Made by a program: the position numbers and the translations under genes
Assembly (NCBI GenBank): GCA_045122255.1
Contig: JBGVHJ010000063.1
Span: 25,610 to 89,609, forward strand
Length of the DNA stretch: 64,000 nt
Direction: 5' to 3'
Source of the DNA: Eubacteriales bacterium
GTDB taxonomy: Bacteria; Bacillota; Clostridia; Oscillospirales; CAG-272
Shown: positions 9,733 to 19,768 of the stretch, piece after piece
How positions within the stretch are numbered: position 1 is the stretch's first letter
How the letters are laid out: the number at the start of each line of letters is the position of its first letter
Notes under the pieces: model-generated
The model's input: only the letters and a program-made list of their open reading frames with translations
What the model was told of the DNA's origin: nothing
Database searches by the model: none

Positions 9733-9857
9733 TTTCCCTTTACACCTCCTTTTCCTTTCTTTTTCTTTAAAGTCAATTTATTTTCGGTATATCAATAATA
9801 CTTGTAAAAAACCGAATACATACGGTATTCTAAATATATAATTATACACCATATTAT

Positions 9858-9886
9858 ATTATATATAAAAAAATGCGTTTTGTCAA
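9858..9886 (-). promoter_or_regulatory. rny promoter
   Basis: On the minus strand: TTGACA AAACGCATTTTTTTATA TATAAT. This gives a leader of about 120 nt. Confidence 0.65.
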
Positions 9887-9916
9887 TAGCTTTTTATATT
9901 GCCAATGACAAAACGC
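9875..9916 (-). terminator. Putative tldD-pmbA terminator whose descending arm contains the rny -35 box
   Basis: On the minus strand: GCGTTTTGTCA (9916-9906), a 20-nt loop, TGACAAAACGC (9885-9875), then ATTTTTTT. Confidence 0.5.
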
Positions 9917-9963
9917 AAAAAAATTCAATGTTTTTTAATAGAAATTTAAATTATTTCAAAGGA

Positions 9964-11292
9964 TTATTTACCTGCAACGCTCATTCCCTTTACGAGCACG
10001 TCGGGAGAGCCGAATACAACGAAGCCTGAAGGAATTCCCCACTTGACCTCATTGCCGAGAGAGTCTATATCCTTAAGAAGCTGGAAGAAGTTACCCGCGA
10101 TAGTAAATGACTTTACGGGGCCTGCCTTTTTGCCGTCCTTGATAAGGAAGCCTTCGCTCTCTACCGAGAAATCGCCGGTAATTGCGTTAGCACCCGCGTG
10201 AAGTCCCTTGACACCGGTTACGTAGATACCGTCTCCGACCTTTGCAAAGAGCTCTTCCTGAGTTTCATTTCCTGCGCAGATACCGAAGTTATAGGGCGCG
10301 ATATTGCCGCCGCGGCGACCGTTACCGGTTGTGGTCTTTCCGGTCTTGTATGCGGTTGTAAGGTCATAAAGCATAGTTTTAAGAACACCGTTCTCTACTA
10401 CGGTCTTCTTATAGGTCGCAACACCCTCATCGTCGAAGTGGGTCTGCACGGGGCATCCATCTCTCATAGGATCGTCGGTGATAGTAACTATATCAGCGGC
10501 GATCTTTTCGCCCTCCTTACCTGCAAGACGCGACATTCCGAGAAGCGCATTCTTTGCAGAGAAAGCCGAAGAGAACGCAGACAGAAGCGAGCGCATCTGC
10601 TTACCGTCGATAACTATGTCATACTTGCCGGTAGGGATCACGGAAGCGCCAATCTTGCTGAGCGCACCCTGAACGGATTTAGCGGGAAGATTATTAGCCG
10701 CCTCGCTATTGATATTCTCTGCGAACTCAAAGTTATCTCTTGCCTCGCCGTCCTTATTAACAACAGCCGCAACGTAGCATCCCGACATACCTACACGGTT
10801 GGAAAGCTCAAGACCGTGAGAGTTGTAAAGATAGATCTCGTTTCTGAAGGAAAGTGCGATAGACTGAGTACCGTCAACAACGGAGGGATCAGCGGCATAG
10901 GTTGCCTTCTGGAGCTCGAGAGCCTTGTTTTTAAGCTCTGCGGCATCAACGACCACGGGCTCGGGAGCGGTGGTCTTTGCATAGGATTCGGAGCCCTTGA
11001 AAATAAATACGGTATCGTTATTTTCGATAGCACCTGCATTTTCCTTAGCGCGAACTACGAGATCGGCTAGCTCGTCCTCGTTGAAATAGCTGCTGGAGGC
11101 ATATCCCATATGTCCGTCAACCAAGCAACGGAAATACACCTTTGCGCTCTCACCGGAGGAGAATGCGCTGACCTCGTCCTTGAGAGTTTCTGCGCTTATA
11201 TCCTCGCCCTTTGTATAGTAGATCTCATACTCAGCAACGCCGAACTTTTCGCAAGCGGCGGAGATTATTTCTTTAATTTCGGTAAAATTCAT
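9964..11292 (-). CDS. pmbA: TldE/PmbA-family metalloprotease subunit
   Basis: 442 aa with PmbA_TldD family features. It lies directly downstream of tldD with a 1-nt gap. Confidence 0.85.
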   Translation of the reverse strand: MNFTEIKEIISAACEKFGVAEYEIYYTKGEDISAETLKDEVSAFSSGESAKVYFRCLVDGHMGYASSSYFNEDELADLVVRAKENAGAIENNDTVFIFKGSESYAKTTAPEPVVVDAAELKNKALELQKATYAADPSVVDGTQSIALSFRNEIYLYNSHGLELSNRVGMSGCYVAAVVNKDGEARDNFEFAENINSEAANNLPAKSVQGALSKIGASVIPTGKYDIVIDGKQMRSLLSAFSSAFSAKNALLGMSRLAGKEGEKIAADIVTITDDPMRDGCPVQTHFDDEGVATYKKTVVENGVLKTMLYDLTTAYKTGKTTTGNGRRGGNIAPYNFGICAGNETQEELFAKVGDGIYVTGVKGLHAGANAITGDFSVESEGFLIKDGKKAGPVKSFTIAGNFFQLLKDIDSLGNEVKWGIPSGFVVFGSPDVLVKGMSVAGK

Positions 11293-11293
11293 A

Positions 11294-12679
11294 TCAGCGA
11301 CCTCCTACTGTGATCTTGGATACGCGGATCAAGGGCTGACCTACGTCGGTAGGCACGCTTCCGCTGGACGAACCGCACATTCCCTGCGCGGTATCAAGGT
11401 TCTGACCGACCATATCGATATCCATAAGGATCTGCGATCCGGTTCCAACGAGCGACGCGCCGCGAACGGGCTCGCAAATAACGCCGTTACGGACGATATA
11501 TCCCTCGCTGACACCGAAGTTGAATTCTCCGGTCAGAGGATTAACAGAACCGCCGCCCATGCTCTTCGCATAGAGACCGTACTCGATAGACTTGATAATA
11601 TCCTCATTCTTATCCTCACCGTTGGCGATAAAGGTGTTGGTCATACGGGAGGTGGGCTCGTACATAAAGCTTTCGCGACGTCCGTTACCTGTCATAGCCA
11701 TACCCATTCTGCGAGAGCCGAGACGGTCGATCATATAGCTCTTGAGGATACCGTTCTCGATAAGAACGTTTCTCTGTGTGGGAGTTCCCTCGTCGTCTAT
11801 GTTAACAGAGCCCCAAGCACCGGGAATAGTACCGTCGTCGATAGCGGTAACCTTTACGTTTGCTATCTGCTGACCCATCTTGCCGCACATCTGGCTTGTA
11901 CCGGTACCTACGCTGGTAGCCTCAAGGGAGTGACCGCAAGCCTCGTGGAATATAACGCCACCGAAGCCGTTCTCGATAGCGACGGTCATCTGACCTGCAG
12001 GACAGTAGTCGGCTCTGAGGTTAACGAGAGCCTGATCCGCAGCCTTGATACCAACGCTCTTGGGATCGATAAAATCGAACATTTCAAGACCCATTCCACG
12101 TCCGGGAGATGCGGAGCCCGACTGATTGTCACTACCGTCTGCCGAAAGAGCAACTGCGCTGACCGCAATTCTGGTTCTTACGTGTCTGTCACTTGTATAA
12201 AGTCCTTCGCTGTTTGCGACAAGGATGGTGTGGTCAACCGAAGCAAGATTACCCATTACCTGCTTGATCTTCTCGTCTCTCTCCTTAGCGGCAAAGCAAG
12301 CAGACTTGAGAATGTCGGTTCTGGTAGCAAGTGCCGTGCTTCCGGGAAGGATCTTTACGGGGTGGATATTGGGGAAAATGCGCTCGGTAAGGTTGATGCT
12401 GACCTGAGCCTTGCTTTCGCCAAGTGCATCTGCAACCGCTTTAGCGCAACGGATAAGTCCTGATCTTGAAAGGTCGGTAGTGGTGGCATAAACTGTTCTC
12501 GTACCGATAAATGCGCGGATACCAACGCCCGAGACCATGTCGTCGTTTACGGTATCGATCTTACCGTCGAGAAAACGAATGCCGTTGTTTCTCGTTTTTT
12601 CTGCGTAGACCTCTGCAAAATCCGCACCGGTAGACATTGCGGCTGCAAGAACGTCTTCAAGCAAAATTCTTGAAATCAT
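11294..12679 (-). CDS. tldD: TldD metalloprotease
   Basis: 461 aa with the HExxxH motif in IFHEACGHSLEA and a glycine-rich C-terminus. Confidence 0.9.
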   Translation of the reverse strand: MISRILLEDVLAAAMSTGADFAEVYAEKTRNNGIRFLDGKIDTVNDDMVSGVGIRAFIGTRTVYATTTDLSRSGLIRCAKAVADALGESKAQVSINLTERIFPNIHPVKILPGSTALATRTDILKSACFAAKERDEKIKQVMGNLASVDHTILVANSEGLYTSDRHVRTRIAVSAVALSADGSDNQSGSASPGRGMGLEMFDFIDPKSVGIKAADQALVNLRADYCPAGQMTVAIENGFGGVIFHEACGHSLEATSVGTGTSQMCGKMGQQIANVKVTAIDDGTIPGAWGSVNIDDEGTPTQRNVLIENGILKSYMIDRLGSRRMGMAMTGNGRRESFMYEPTSRMTNTFIANGEDKNEDIIKSIEYGLYAKSMGGGSVNPLTGEFNFGVSEGYIVRNGVICEPVRGASLVGTGSQILMDIDMVGQNLDTAQGMCGSSSGSVPTDVGQPLIRVSKITVGGR

Positions 12680-12706
12680 TTTTTCTCTCCTTCAGATTAT
12701 ATATGA

Positions 12707-13159
12707 TTAATTGTTTTCAACAGCAATAAGAAAATCTGCGCCCTCGTCAGCTTCTGCTTTGCGTATGCAATATTTTGCGTTGATCTTCTCACCCTCAAAG
12801 CTTACGTCACAGCACTGCTTGTACTTTCCGTTACCTACAAGAAGTCTGAATTTATCGTTTTCGTCCCATTCCCCGGTGAAAAGCTCAGAGCTGTTCTTCG
12901 TAAAGAGCACGAGCTTGCAGGCATCGTGACCGCCCTCAACGCTAGCTTTTACTCTTACAAAGGTAAGTCCCTTTGCAAATTTCGAAGAACCGTGAGTAAC
13001 CGTAACTACGTTATCACCATAGGGAGACGTAAAGATACACTCATTGAGATCGGACTTGATCTCCTTGACGATCTTGCGAACCACAAGTATTCCGGCAACT
13101 GTTGCTGCAGTTCCTAAAGCTGCGCCAATGATTATTCCAACGACTGTTTGCTTTTTCAT
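12707..13159 (-). CDS. Membrane-anchored hypothetical protein
   Basis: One N-terminal TM segment (VVGIIIGAALGTAATVAGILVV). SD GGAGA overlaps the stop of the upstream HAD gene. Confidence 0.5.
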   Translation of the reverse strand: MKKQTVVGIIIGAALGTAATVAGILVVRKIVKEIKSDLNECIFTSPYGDNVVTVTHGSSKFAKGLTFVRVKASVEGGHDACKLVLFTKNSSELFTGEWDENDKFRLLVGNGKYKQCCDVSFEGEKINAKYCIRKAEADEGADFLIAVENN

Positions 13160-13169
13160 AATGATTCTC

Positions 13170-13835
13170 CTATATTTTTATTTTATTTTCTTCGCGTATA
13201 AGGTCAATGACGTCAAAAAGGCTGTCAAACACCTTGTAGCACAACGGCTCTGCTTCCTCGCTCGGAGGATTGTGGTCGATGACCATCACGGGTCTCATAC
13301 CCGCTCTGTATCCTCCTATCATGTCAAAGGAGGAGTCACCTACTACAATGGTTTCCTCGGGAACTGCACCTATTCTTCTGGCAGCCTCAAGGAAAATATC
13401 GGGATGAGGCTTTCCGAATTTGACATCGTCGCCAAATACCGCTGCATCGACCCTTTCACTGAGCCCGAGTCTCTCAATATTCGGCTCGGCAATATCCTTT
13501 ACAGTAGACGTAGCAATAGCAGCTTTTATTCCATGCTCACGCAGATAATCCAAGAGCTCAATGCAACCACTCTTGAAGCTAATATCTCCACTAAGCATTG
13601 TTTTCACCATATCCATGCGCTCTGCCATAAAGCCTTCCGAATCAAGCTCATCGCCAAATGTCTCACTTAAAAACTTTATTGAAATAAGAACACTTTTACC
13701 CGCAATATTAGGATAATAGTTCTCGCGCATTCCCGAGAGACCCCATTTTTCTCCTACTGTATACCATGACTTATAGAAAAACGGCTCGGTATCTATAAGT
13801 GTTCCGTCTTTATCAAAAATCACGTATTTGATCAT
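13170..13835 (-). CDS. HAD-superfamily hydrolase (beta-phosphoglucomutase-like)
   Basis: Motif I is IFDKDGTLIDTE and the late motif is VVGDSSFD. Confidence 0.8.
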   Translation of the reverse strand: MIKYVIFDKDGTLIDTEPFFYKSWYTVGEKWGLSGMRENYYPNIAGKSVLISIKFLSETFGDELDSEGFMAERMDMVKTMLSGDISFKSGCIELLDYLREHGIKAAIATSTVKDIAEPNIERLGLSERVDAAVFGDDVKFGKPHPDIFLEAARRIGAVPEETIVVGDSSFDMIGGYRAGMRPVMVIDHNPPSEEAEPLCYKVFDSLFDVIDLIREENKIKI

Positions 13836-13838
13836 AGC

Positions 13839-14978
13839 TTAATCGGGATTTCTTTCTCCAAGTGCGATGTGATACTTCTGATAGAAGCTTTCGAAATAGC
13901 CTCCGTCAAGAGCTTCTCTGATTTTCTTTGTGAGATTATTGTAGAAATAGAGATTGTGCGCTACCGCAAGTCTCATTCCAAGGGATTCCTTCGCCTTGAT
14001 AAGGTGACGGATATAGGAACGGCTGTAGTTGCGGCATGCGGGACAGTTGCAGGACTCGGAGATCGGACGGGGATCCTTGGCATACTTTTCGTTGAGGAGG
14101 TTCATCTTGCCCTCCCAAGTGAAGAGATTACCGTGGCGCGCGTTTCTCGAGGGCATTACGCAATCGAAGAAATCAACTCCCATATGTACCGCCTCAAGAA
14201 TGTTGCAGGGTGTACCGACACCCATAAGGTATCTGGGCTTATCCTTGGGCATATGAGGCTCAACTACGTCGATTATGCGGTACATATCCTCGGTTGCCTC
14301 ACCAACGGCAAGACCGCCGATAGCATATCCCTCGCAATTGATCTCTGCAATTCTCTGCATATGCTCGATACGAAGATCCTCGTAAGTACCGCCCTGGTTG
14401 ATACCGAAAAGCATCTGATGCTGATTTATAGTATCGGGCAGCGAATTGAGTCTGTCCATCTCGGCGCGGCATCTTTCAAGCCATCTCGTGGTTCTGTCGA
14501 TAGACTGACGGACGTACTTATAGGGCGCGGGGTTTTCTATACACTCGTCGAACGCCATCGCAATGGTTGACGCGAGATTGGACTGAATCTGCATACTTTC
14601 CTCGGGACCCATAAAGATCTTCTTACCGTCGATGTGAGACTGGAATCTTACTCCCTCCTCGGTGATCTTACGAAGCTGAGCCAGGGAGAACACCTGAAAT
14701 CCGCCCGAGTCGGTGAGAATAGGCTTATTCCAGTTCATAAACTTGTGAAGACCTCCCATATCACGGATAAGTCCGTCACCGGGACGAATGTGAAGATGGT
14801 AGGTATTGGAGAGCTCGACCTGACAATCAAGCTCATCGTTAAGCTCGACGGTAGAGATACCGCCCTTGATCGCGGCACACGTGCCGACGTTCATAAATAC
14901 GGGGGTCTGAATATCCCCGTGAACGGTGTGAAGCACGCCTCTGCGCGCTCTGCCGTCCTGTGCTAAAAGTTCAAACAT
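13839..14978 (-). CDS. tgt: Queuine tRNA-ribosyltransferase
   Basis: GRARRGVLHTVHGDIQTPVFMNVGT, and the zinc site CNCPACRNYSRSYIRHL. Confidence 0.95.
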   Translation of the reverse strand: MFELLAQDGRARRGVLHTVHGDIQTPVFMNVGTCAAIKGGISTVELNDELDCQVELSNTYHLHIRPGDGLIRDMGGLHKFMNWNKPILTDSGGFQVFSLAQLRKITEEGVRFQSHIDGKKIFMGPEESMQIQSNLASTIAMAFDECIENPAPYKYVRQSIDRTTRWLERCRAEMDRLNSLPDTINQHQMLFGINQGGTYEDLRIEHMQRIAEINCEGYAIGGLAVGEATEDMYRIIDVVEPHMPKDKPRYLMGVGTPCNILEAVHMGVDFFDCVMPSRNARHGNLFTWEGKMNLLNEKYAKDPRPISESCNCPACRNYSRSYIRHLIKAKESLGMRLAVAHNLYFYNNLTKKIREALDGGYFESFYQKYHIALGERNPD

Positions 14979-15036
14979 AACTTTGCTCCTTCTTTTCCGC
15001 CGGCACAGACCAAAGTGCCGCGGGATTTTTTAAATT

Positions 15037-17115
15037 TTAAGTTCTTTCGAACTGTCTGTCAATATTTTTCTTGGATAATTCCATCGCTACGGGGCGTCCG
15101 TGAGGACAGAATGTAATGTCGGGTATCTCCATCAATTTTTCGACTACCCACTCGGCATGTCCCTTAGCGTATTCCCTTCCAGCTTTGATCGCCGCCTTGC
15201 AGGAAGCCTGATAAAGTGCCTTTTCGAAAATTATATTTCGGGTCAGATCGACCTTGCCGGTTCCGTTCTTGATCCTGTCTGCAACAACGGCAAACATATC
15301 GGCAACCGCGTCCTGCTCTATTCCAACGGGAAGTGCCGTGACAGACACGGTATTACGCGAGGTCGAAAACTCAAAGCCTACCGCCTCAAGCTCCTCTCTG
15401 TATTCCTGAATTGCCGAAACCTCGTCGGACATAAGCATTACGTCGATAGGAAGCATCAAAAGCTGCGAGGACACCTCATGGGATTGCATATTCTTCTTGA
15501 GCTGCTCGAAAATTATGCGCTCATGCGCCGCATGCTTGTCTATTATAAGCATCTTTTCTTCGACCTGAACGATTATATACGAGTTGAATACCTCTCCGAC
15601 TATGGTGTAATGGATCTTTTGAGGCTTTTCCTCGGCTACGGGCACTTCATTCGGCATATCAACCGTTTTTAGCTCTTCGGAATGCAGGCCTTGCATTTTC
15701 TCGGGCTTTGCTTCTTCGGTTTGCGCGCTGACCTCGGGCTCTTTCAAAGCACCGTTTCTTTCCGCAATCGGTGTTTCATAGCGAGGAGAAACGCGCGACG
15801 GATCATAATAATTTCTTACGTATTCATCCGCCGTGATCTTTTTGATCTCCTCGGCAGGCTTTTCGTCAGCTTTGAACTGCGACACGGTTGCCTCTGCAGG
15901 CTTAGGAGCGACCTTGGGCTGCTCGATCTCAGCAATAAATGCGGGTACCTTTTCGGTAGGCATAGGCGCAGCTTTAGCAGCTTCAACCGTTCTTGAAGGG
16001 CGATTTTCCTGCGAATCGATGGTTATCTGTCTCGCCTTCAGCGATTTTTCTCTCTCAACGGGAATAAACGCATCGGACATCCGCACTCCTGCGGGGGTCT
16101 TGGGCATTTCCATTTCGGGTCGGGCGGTATTTGCCTCAAGTGCTTGCTTTACCGCGTAATATATCGCCTCGAACACCGGCTTTTCATTTGAGAATTTTAC
16201 TTCGAGCTTGGCGGGATGCACGTTTACGTCTACACGGCCGGGATTCAGAGAAATAAACAGCACGCAAACCGGGAATTTTTCCGAGGGCATGTATGAAACG
16301 AATGCCTGCTCAATTGCGGCGCTTGCGGTTCTGCTCTTGACGAAACGCTTGTTTATGTAGAAGTTTTCATAGTTTCTGTTGCTCTTTACGTTATCCGAGC
16401 GACCGATATAGCCCTTGACCGAAATGCCATCAAATTCTCCGTTGACCTCTATAAGTCGGTTGGAAAAATCTCTTCCGAATACGGCATATATCGCGCTGTA
16501 CAGCTTTCCGTCGCCTGCGGTCTCAAGTCGTATCTGACCGTCGCAGATAAGTCTGAACGCGATCTCGGGGTGAGAGAGCGCGATCTTTTCCACGTTAGCA
16601 CATACCGCCGTGGTTTCGGTAACGTCTCTTTTCAAGAATTTTCTTCTTGCGGGAACGTTGGCGAAAAGGTCTTCAACGATTATCGTTGTACCGTTGGAGC
16701 ATCCACGCTCCTGCAGAGCGATCTCCTCACCGCAATCCACGATAAGCTCAGCACCGAGAGGCGCATCGTGAGTTTTAGAGATTATACGGAGCTTTGAGAC
16801 CGCGGATATTGCCGCCAGAGCCTCACCGCGGAAACCAAGCGTACAGATACCGTCAAGATCCTCCGCGCTTCTTATTTTGCTGGTGGCGTGTCTTTTAATA
16901 CAGAGAGGCAGATCCTCGGGATCCATACCGCATCCGTCGTCGGAAATACGCATAAAGGTAATTCCGCCGTTTTGTATCTCAACGGTAATATGTTTCGCAC
17001 CTGCGTCAATGGAGTTTTCTATCATCTCTTTGATAGCGGATGCCGGTCGGTCTACGACCTCACCTGCCGCAATAAGGTTTGCAACCTCAAATGAGAGTAT
17101 ATTGATATTTCCCAC
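15037..17115 (-). CDS. mutL: DNA mismatch repair protein MutL
   Basis: The GHKL N-terminus ANLIAAGEVVDRPASAIKEMIENSIDAGA. It lies downstream of mutS. Confidence 0.95.
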   Translation of the reverse strand: MGNINILSFEVANLIAAGEVVDRPASAIKEMIENSIDAGAKHITVEIQNGGITFMRISDDGCGMDPEDLPLCIKRHATSKIRSAEDLDGICTLGFRGEALAAISAVSKLRIISKTHDAPLGAELIVDCGEEIALQERGCSNGTTIIVEDLFANVPARRKFLKRDVTETTAVCANVEKIALSHPEIAFRLICDGQIRLETAGDGKLYSAIYAVFGRDFSNRLIEVNGEFDGISVKGYIGRSDNVKSNRNYENFYINKRFVKSRTASAAIEQAFVSYMPSEKFPVCVLFISLNPGRVDVNVHPAKLEVKFSNEKPVFEAIYYAVKQALEANTARPEMEMPKTPAGVRMSDAFIPVEREKSLKARQITIDSQENRPSRTVEAAKAAPMPTEKVPAFIAEIEQPKVAPKPAEATVSQFKADEKPAEEIKKITADEYVRNYYDPSRVSPRYETPIAERNGALKEPEVSAQTEEAKPEKMQGLHSEELKTVDMPNEVPVAEEKPQKIHYTIVGEVFNSYIIVQVEEKMLIIDKHAAHERIIFEQLKKNMQSHEVSSQLLMLPIDVMLMSDEVSAIQEYREELEAVGFEFSTSRNTVSVTALPVGIEQDAVADMFAVVADRIKNGTGKVDLTRNIIFEKALYQASCKAAIKAGREYAKGHAEWVVEKLMEIPDITFCPHGRPVAMELSKKNIDRQFERT

Positions 17116-17140
17116 GGGTTTTGCCTCCTTTCAAAATTCG

Positions 17141-19735
17141 TTAGTTCAAGCGTTTTTTGAGGTCGAAAAGGAAGGTCATACACTCATAAGGCGAGAGCGT
17201 ATTGATATCTACCTTTTTCAATTCCTCGATTATCTGATCGTTTATACAATCCTCAAAGGTGATAAGGCTTTCGTCCTTTGCCACCGTCTTTTCTTCTTTG
17301 TCCGTAAGCTTGATGTTCTTCGCGCTCTCCTCAACCGTAGCGAGGATCTCTTTAGCGCGCTTGATGACCTCATTGGGCAATCCCGCAAGCTTGGCAACCT
17401 CGATTCCGTAGCTATCATCGGTAGAGCCGCGAACGATCTTACGGAGGAAGGTAATACTGTCACCGCGCTTCTTTGCGGCGATATTGTAGTTGACGATGCC
17501 GTCAAACTCCTTCTCCATGCTTGTAAGCTCATGGTAGTGTGTCGCAAAGAGAGTCTTTGCACCGATCCGTCTGCCTGCCGTGTATTCAACGATGGCACGG
17601 GCAATGCTCATTCCGTCAAAGGTGGACGTGCCGCGACCGACCTCGTCATATATAATAAGCGAGCGCCTTGTAGCATTCTTCAGTATATATGCCACCTCAT
17701 TCATCTCAAGCATAAAAGTGGACTGACCCGATGCAAGATCATCGGAGGCACCGACTCTTGTGAATATCTTATCCACGATTCCTACGGTAGCCTCTGCCGC
17801 CGGCACGAATGAGCCCATTTGCGCCATAAGCACGATAAGCGCGACCTGTCGCATATAGGTGGATTTACCCGCCATATTGGGACCTGTGATAAGCAGGAGT
17901 CGGTCTGTGGTCATATTGAGCATGGTATCGTTAGGCACGAAATAGGAGTCCTTTACGAACTGCTCGACCACGGGATGTCTTCCGTCTCGCACGTCGATCT
18001 CGTCGTTCGACGTGATCTCGGGGCGGACGTATCTGTTTTTAGCCGCAACGGTTGCCAAGCTGTAGTAAACGTCGGTCTCGGCAAGCAGCGCCGCGGTCTT
18101 CTGAATTCTCGTACTGTTATCGGCAACGGTTGCTCTTATATCGCAGAAAAGCTCGTATTCAAGCGAGCAGAGCTTATCGGAGGCTCCAAGCACCTTGGCT
18201 TCCATTTCCTTGAGCTCCTCGGTTATGTATCTCTCGCAATTTGCGAGAGTCTGCTTTCTGATATATCTGTCGGGAACCAGCTCATATTGGCTTCTCGTGA
18301 CCTCTATATAGAATCCGAAGACCTTATTATATCCCACCTTCAGATTCTTGATTCCCGTATCCTCGCGCTCTCTTTCGGCGATCTGCTCGCGCCATTCGTC
18401 GCCGTGCTCTACTATTGAGCGGAACTCGTCTACGCGCGCATCAAATCCGTCCTTTATCATTCCGCCCTCGCGGACAGAGAACGGCGGCTCTTCCTTGATG
18501 GATCTGGAGATCAGATCGCAGATATCCTCAAGGGTATCAAGCTCGCGGTATATTCTCTGCATCTCATCACTTGTGCAACCCGAAAGCAGAGTCTTCAGCT
18601 CGGGCAATATGGCTACGGTGCTTGCAACCGCGCGAAGATCCTTCGCGTTTGCGCTTCCGTAAACTATCTTGGTTATAAGTCTTTCAAGGTCGAGAACATT
18701 GTCAAGAAGCTCGCTTATCTGCTCGCGGAGCATAAAGTTATTATAAAGCTCCTCAACGGCATTCTGTCTTTTAACGATCGCAGAAGGTGTGATCAAGGGA
18801 TGCTCGACCCATTTGCGCAAAAGTCTTGCGCCAAGAGACGAGCGGGTCTTGTCAAGAACCCAGAGAAGAGTTCCCTTCTTTTCCTTCGATCTCATAGACT
18901 CGGTAAGCTCAAGGTTTCGTCTTGTATTAACGTCCATTTCAAGGTATTGACCGTCAGAATAGACGTTGAGCTTATTGATATATCCTATATCCTTCTTCTG
19001 GGTGTCGCGGATATAGTCGAGCATAGCACCAACGGCGCAGACCATCGCCCTGTCGCTCATATCGTCCTCGCGCAGAGTCGCATCAAACTGAGCCTTTACT
19101 CTTTCCGCGCAAGGGTCAAGCTCGAAGCGGAAGGGCTGATTATCGTTGAGCATAGCGCCAAGTCTTGACTTGATAAATTCGGCGATATCCTTGAACTTGG
19201 ATGCACCGAGATTGGAAATTACCTCAGCGGGCGAATACGTGCCCAGCTCGTTGAGAAGTCTCGCATCCATATTCGTGCCCGAGAAGCTGGTAGCGTATAT
19301 TTCTGCGGTTGAAACGTCGCAGAAGCAAACGCCGTATTCAAATTCGCCGAGATAAAGGGCGCAGAGGTAATTATTCTTCTTGTCGGACAGGAGACTCGAC
19401 TCAATGACCGTACCGGGAGTAATAACTCTTATAACGTCTCTCTTGACTATTCCCTTCGCCTGAGAAGGGTCCTCCATCTGCTCGCAGATGGCGATCTTAA
19501 ATCCCTGCTCGATAAGGCGACCTATATAGGTGTCCACCGCGTGGAAGGGCACGCCGCACATCGGCGCTCTCTCGGCTTCTCCGCAATCTCTTCCCGTCAA
19601 AGTCAGCTCAAGTGCTCTTGACGCGACTATTGCATCGTCAAAAAACATCTCGTAAAAGTCACCGAGACGGTAGAAAAGCAGATAATCCTTGTATTTCTCT
19701 TTTATCTCAAAATATTGCTCCATCATTGGAGTCAT
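17141..19735 (-). CDS. mutS: DNA mismatch repair protein MutS
   Basis: TPMMEQYFEIKEKYKDYLLFYRLGDFYEMFFDDA, and Walker A GPNMAGKST. Confidence 0.95.
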   Translation of the reverse strand: MTPMMEQYFEIKEKYKDYLLFYRLGDFYEMFFDDAIVASRALELTLTGRDCGEAERAPMCGVPFHAVDTYIGRLIEQGFKIAICEQMEDPSQAKGIVKRDVIRVITPGTVIESSLLSDKKNNYLCALYLGEFEYGVCFCDVSTAEIYATSFSGTNMDARLLNELGTYSPAEVISNLGASKFKDIAEFIKSRLGAMLNDNQPFRFELDPCAERVKAQFDATLREDDMSDRAMVCAVGAMLDYIRDTQKKDIGYINKLNVYSDGQYLEMDVNTRRNLELTESMRSKEKKGTLLWVLDKTRSSLGARLLRKWVEHPLITPSAIVKRQNAVEELYNNFMLREQISELLDNVLDLERLITKIVYGSANAKDLRAVASTVAILPELKTLLSGCTSDEMQRIYRELDTLEDICDLISRSIKEEPPFSVREGGMIKDGFDARVDEFRSIVEHGDEWREQIAEREREDTGIKNLKVGYNKVFGFYIEVTRSQYELVPDRYIRKQTLANCERYITEELKEMEAKVLGASDKLCSLEYELFCDIRATVADNSTRIQKTAALLAETDVYYSLATVAAKNRYVRPEITSNDEIDVRDGRHPVVEQFVKDSYFVPNDTMLNMTTDRLLLITGPNMAGKSTYMRQVALIVLMAQMGSFVPAAEATVGIVDKIFTRVGASDDLASGQSTFMLEMNEVAYILKNATRRSLIIYDEVGRGTSTFDGMSIARAIVEYTAGRRIGAKTLFATHYHELTSMEKEFDGIVNYNIAAKKRGDSITFLRKIVRGSTDDSYGIEVAKLAGLPNEVIKRAKEILATVEESAKNIKLTDKEEKTVAKDESLITFEDCINDQIIEELKKVDINTLSPYECMTFLFDLKKRLN

Positions 19736-19768
19736 AGCGGTTTCCTCGCTTTTTTATTTTTTAATAAC

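Noticed and set aside
9805-9830. A terminator-like hairpin (GAATAC-CGTAT-GTATTC followed by GGTTTTTT on the minus strand) in the rny leader, as a possible attenuator
   Set aside because: The stem is only 6 bp and AT-rich. The stability is too low to claim attenuation without data.
9964-12679. TldD/PmbA as part of a microcin or RiPP maturation system
   Set aside because: There is no precursor peptide, modification enzyme or exporter nearby. The pair is widely conserved as housekeeping proteases.
15000-15030. A hairpin, CGGCAC-AGACCAAA-GTGCCG, between mutL and tgt
   Set aside because: There is no T-run on the transcribed strand, and it abuts the tgt SD. It is probably an incidental or minor mRNA structure.
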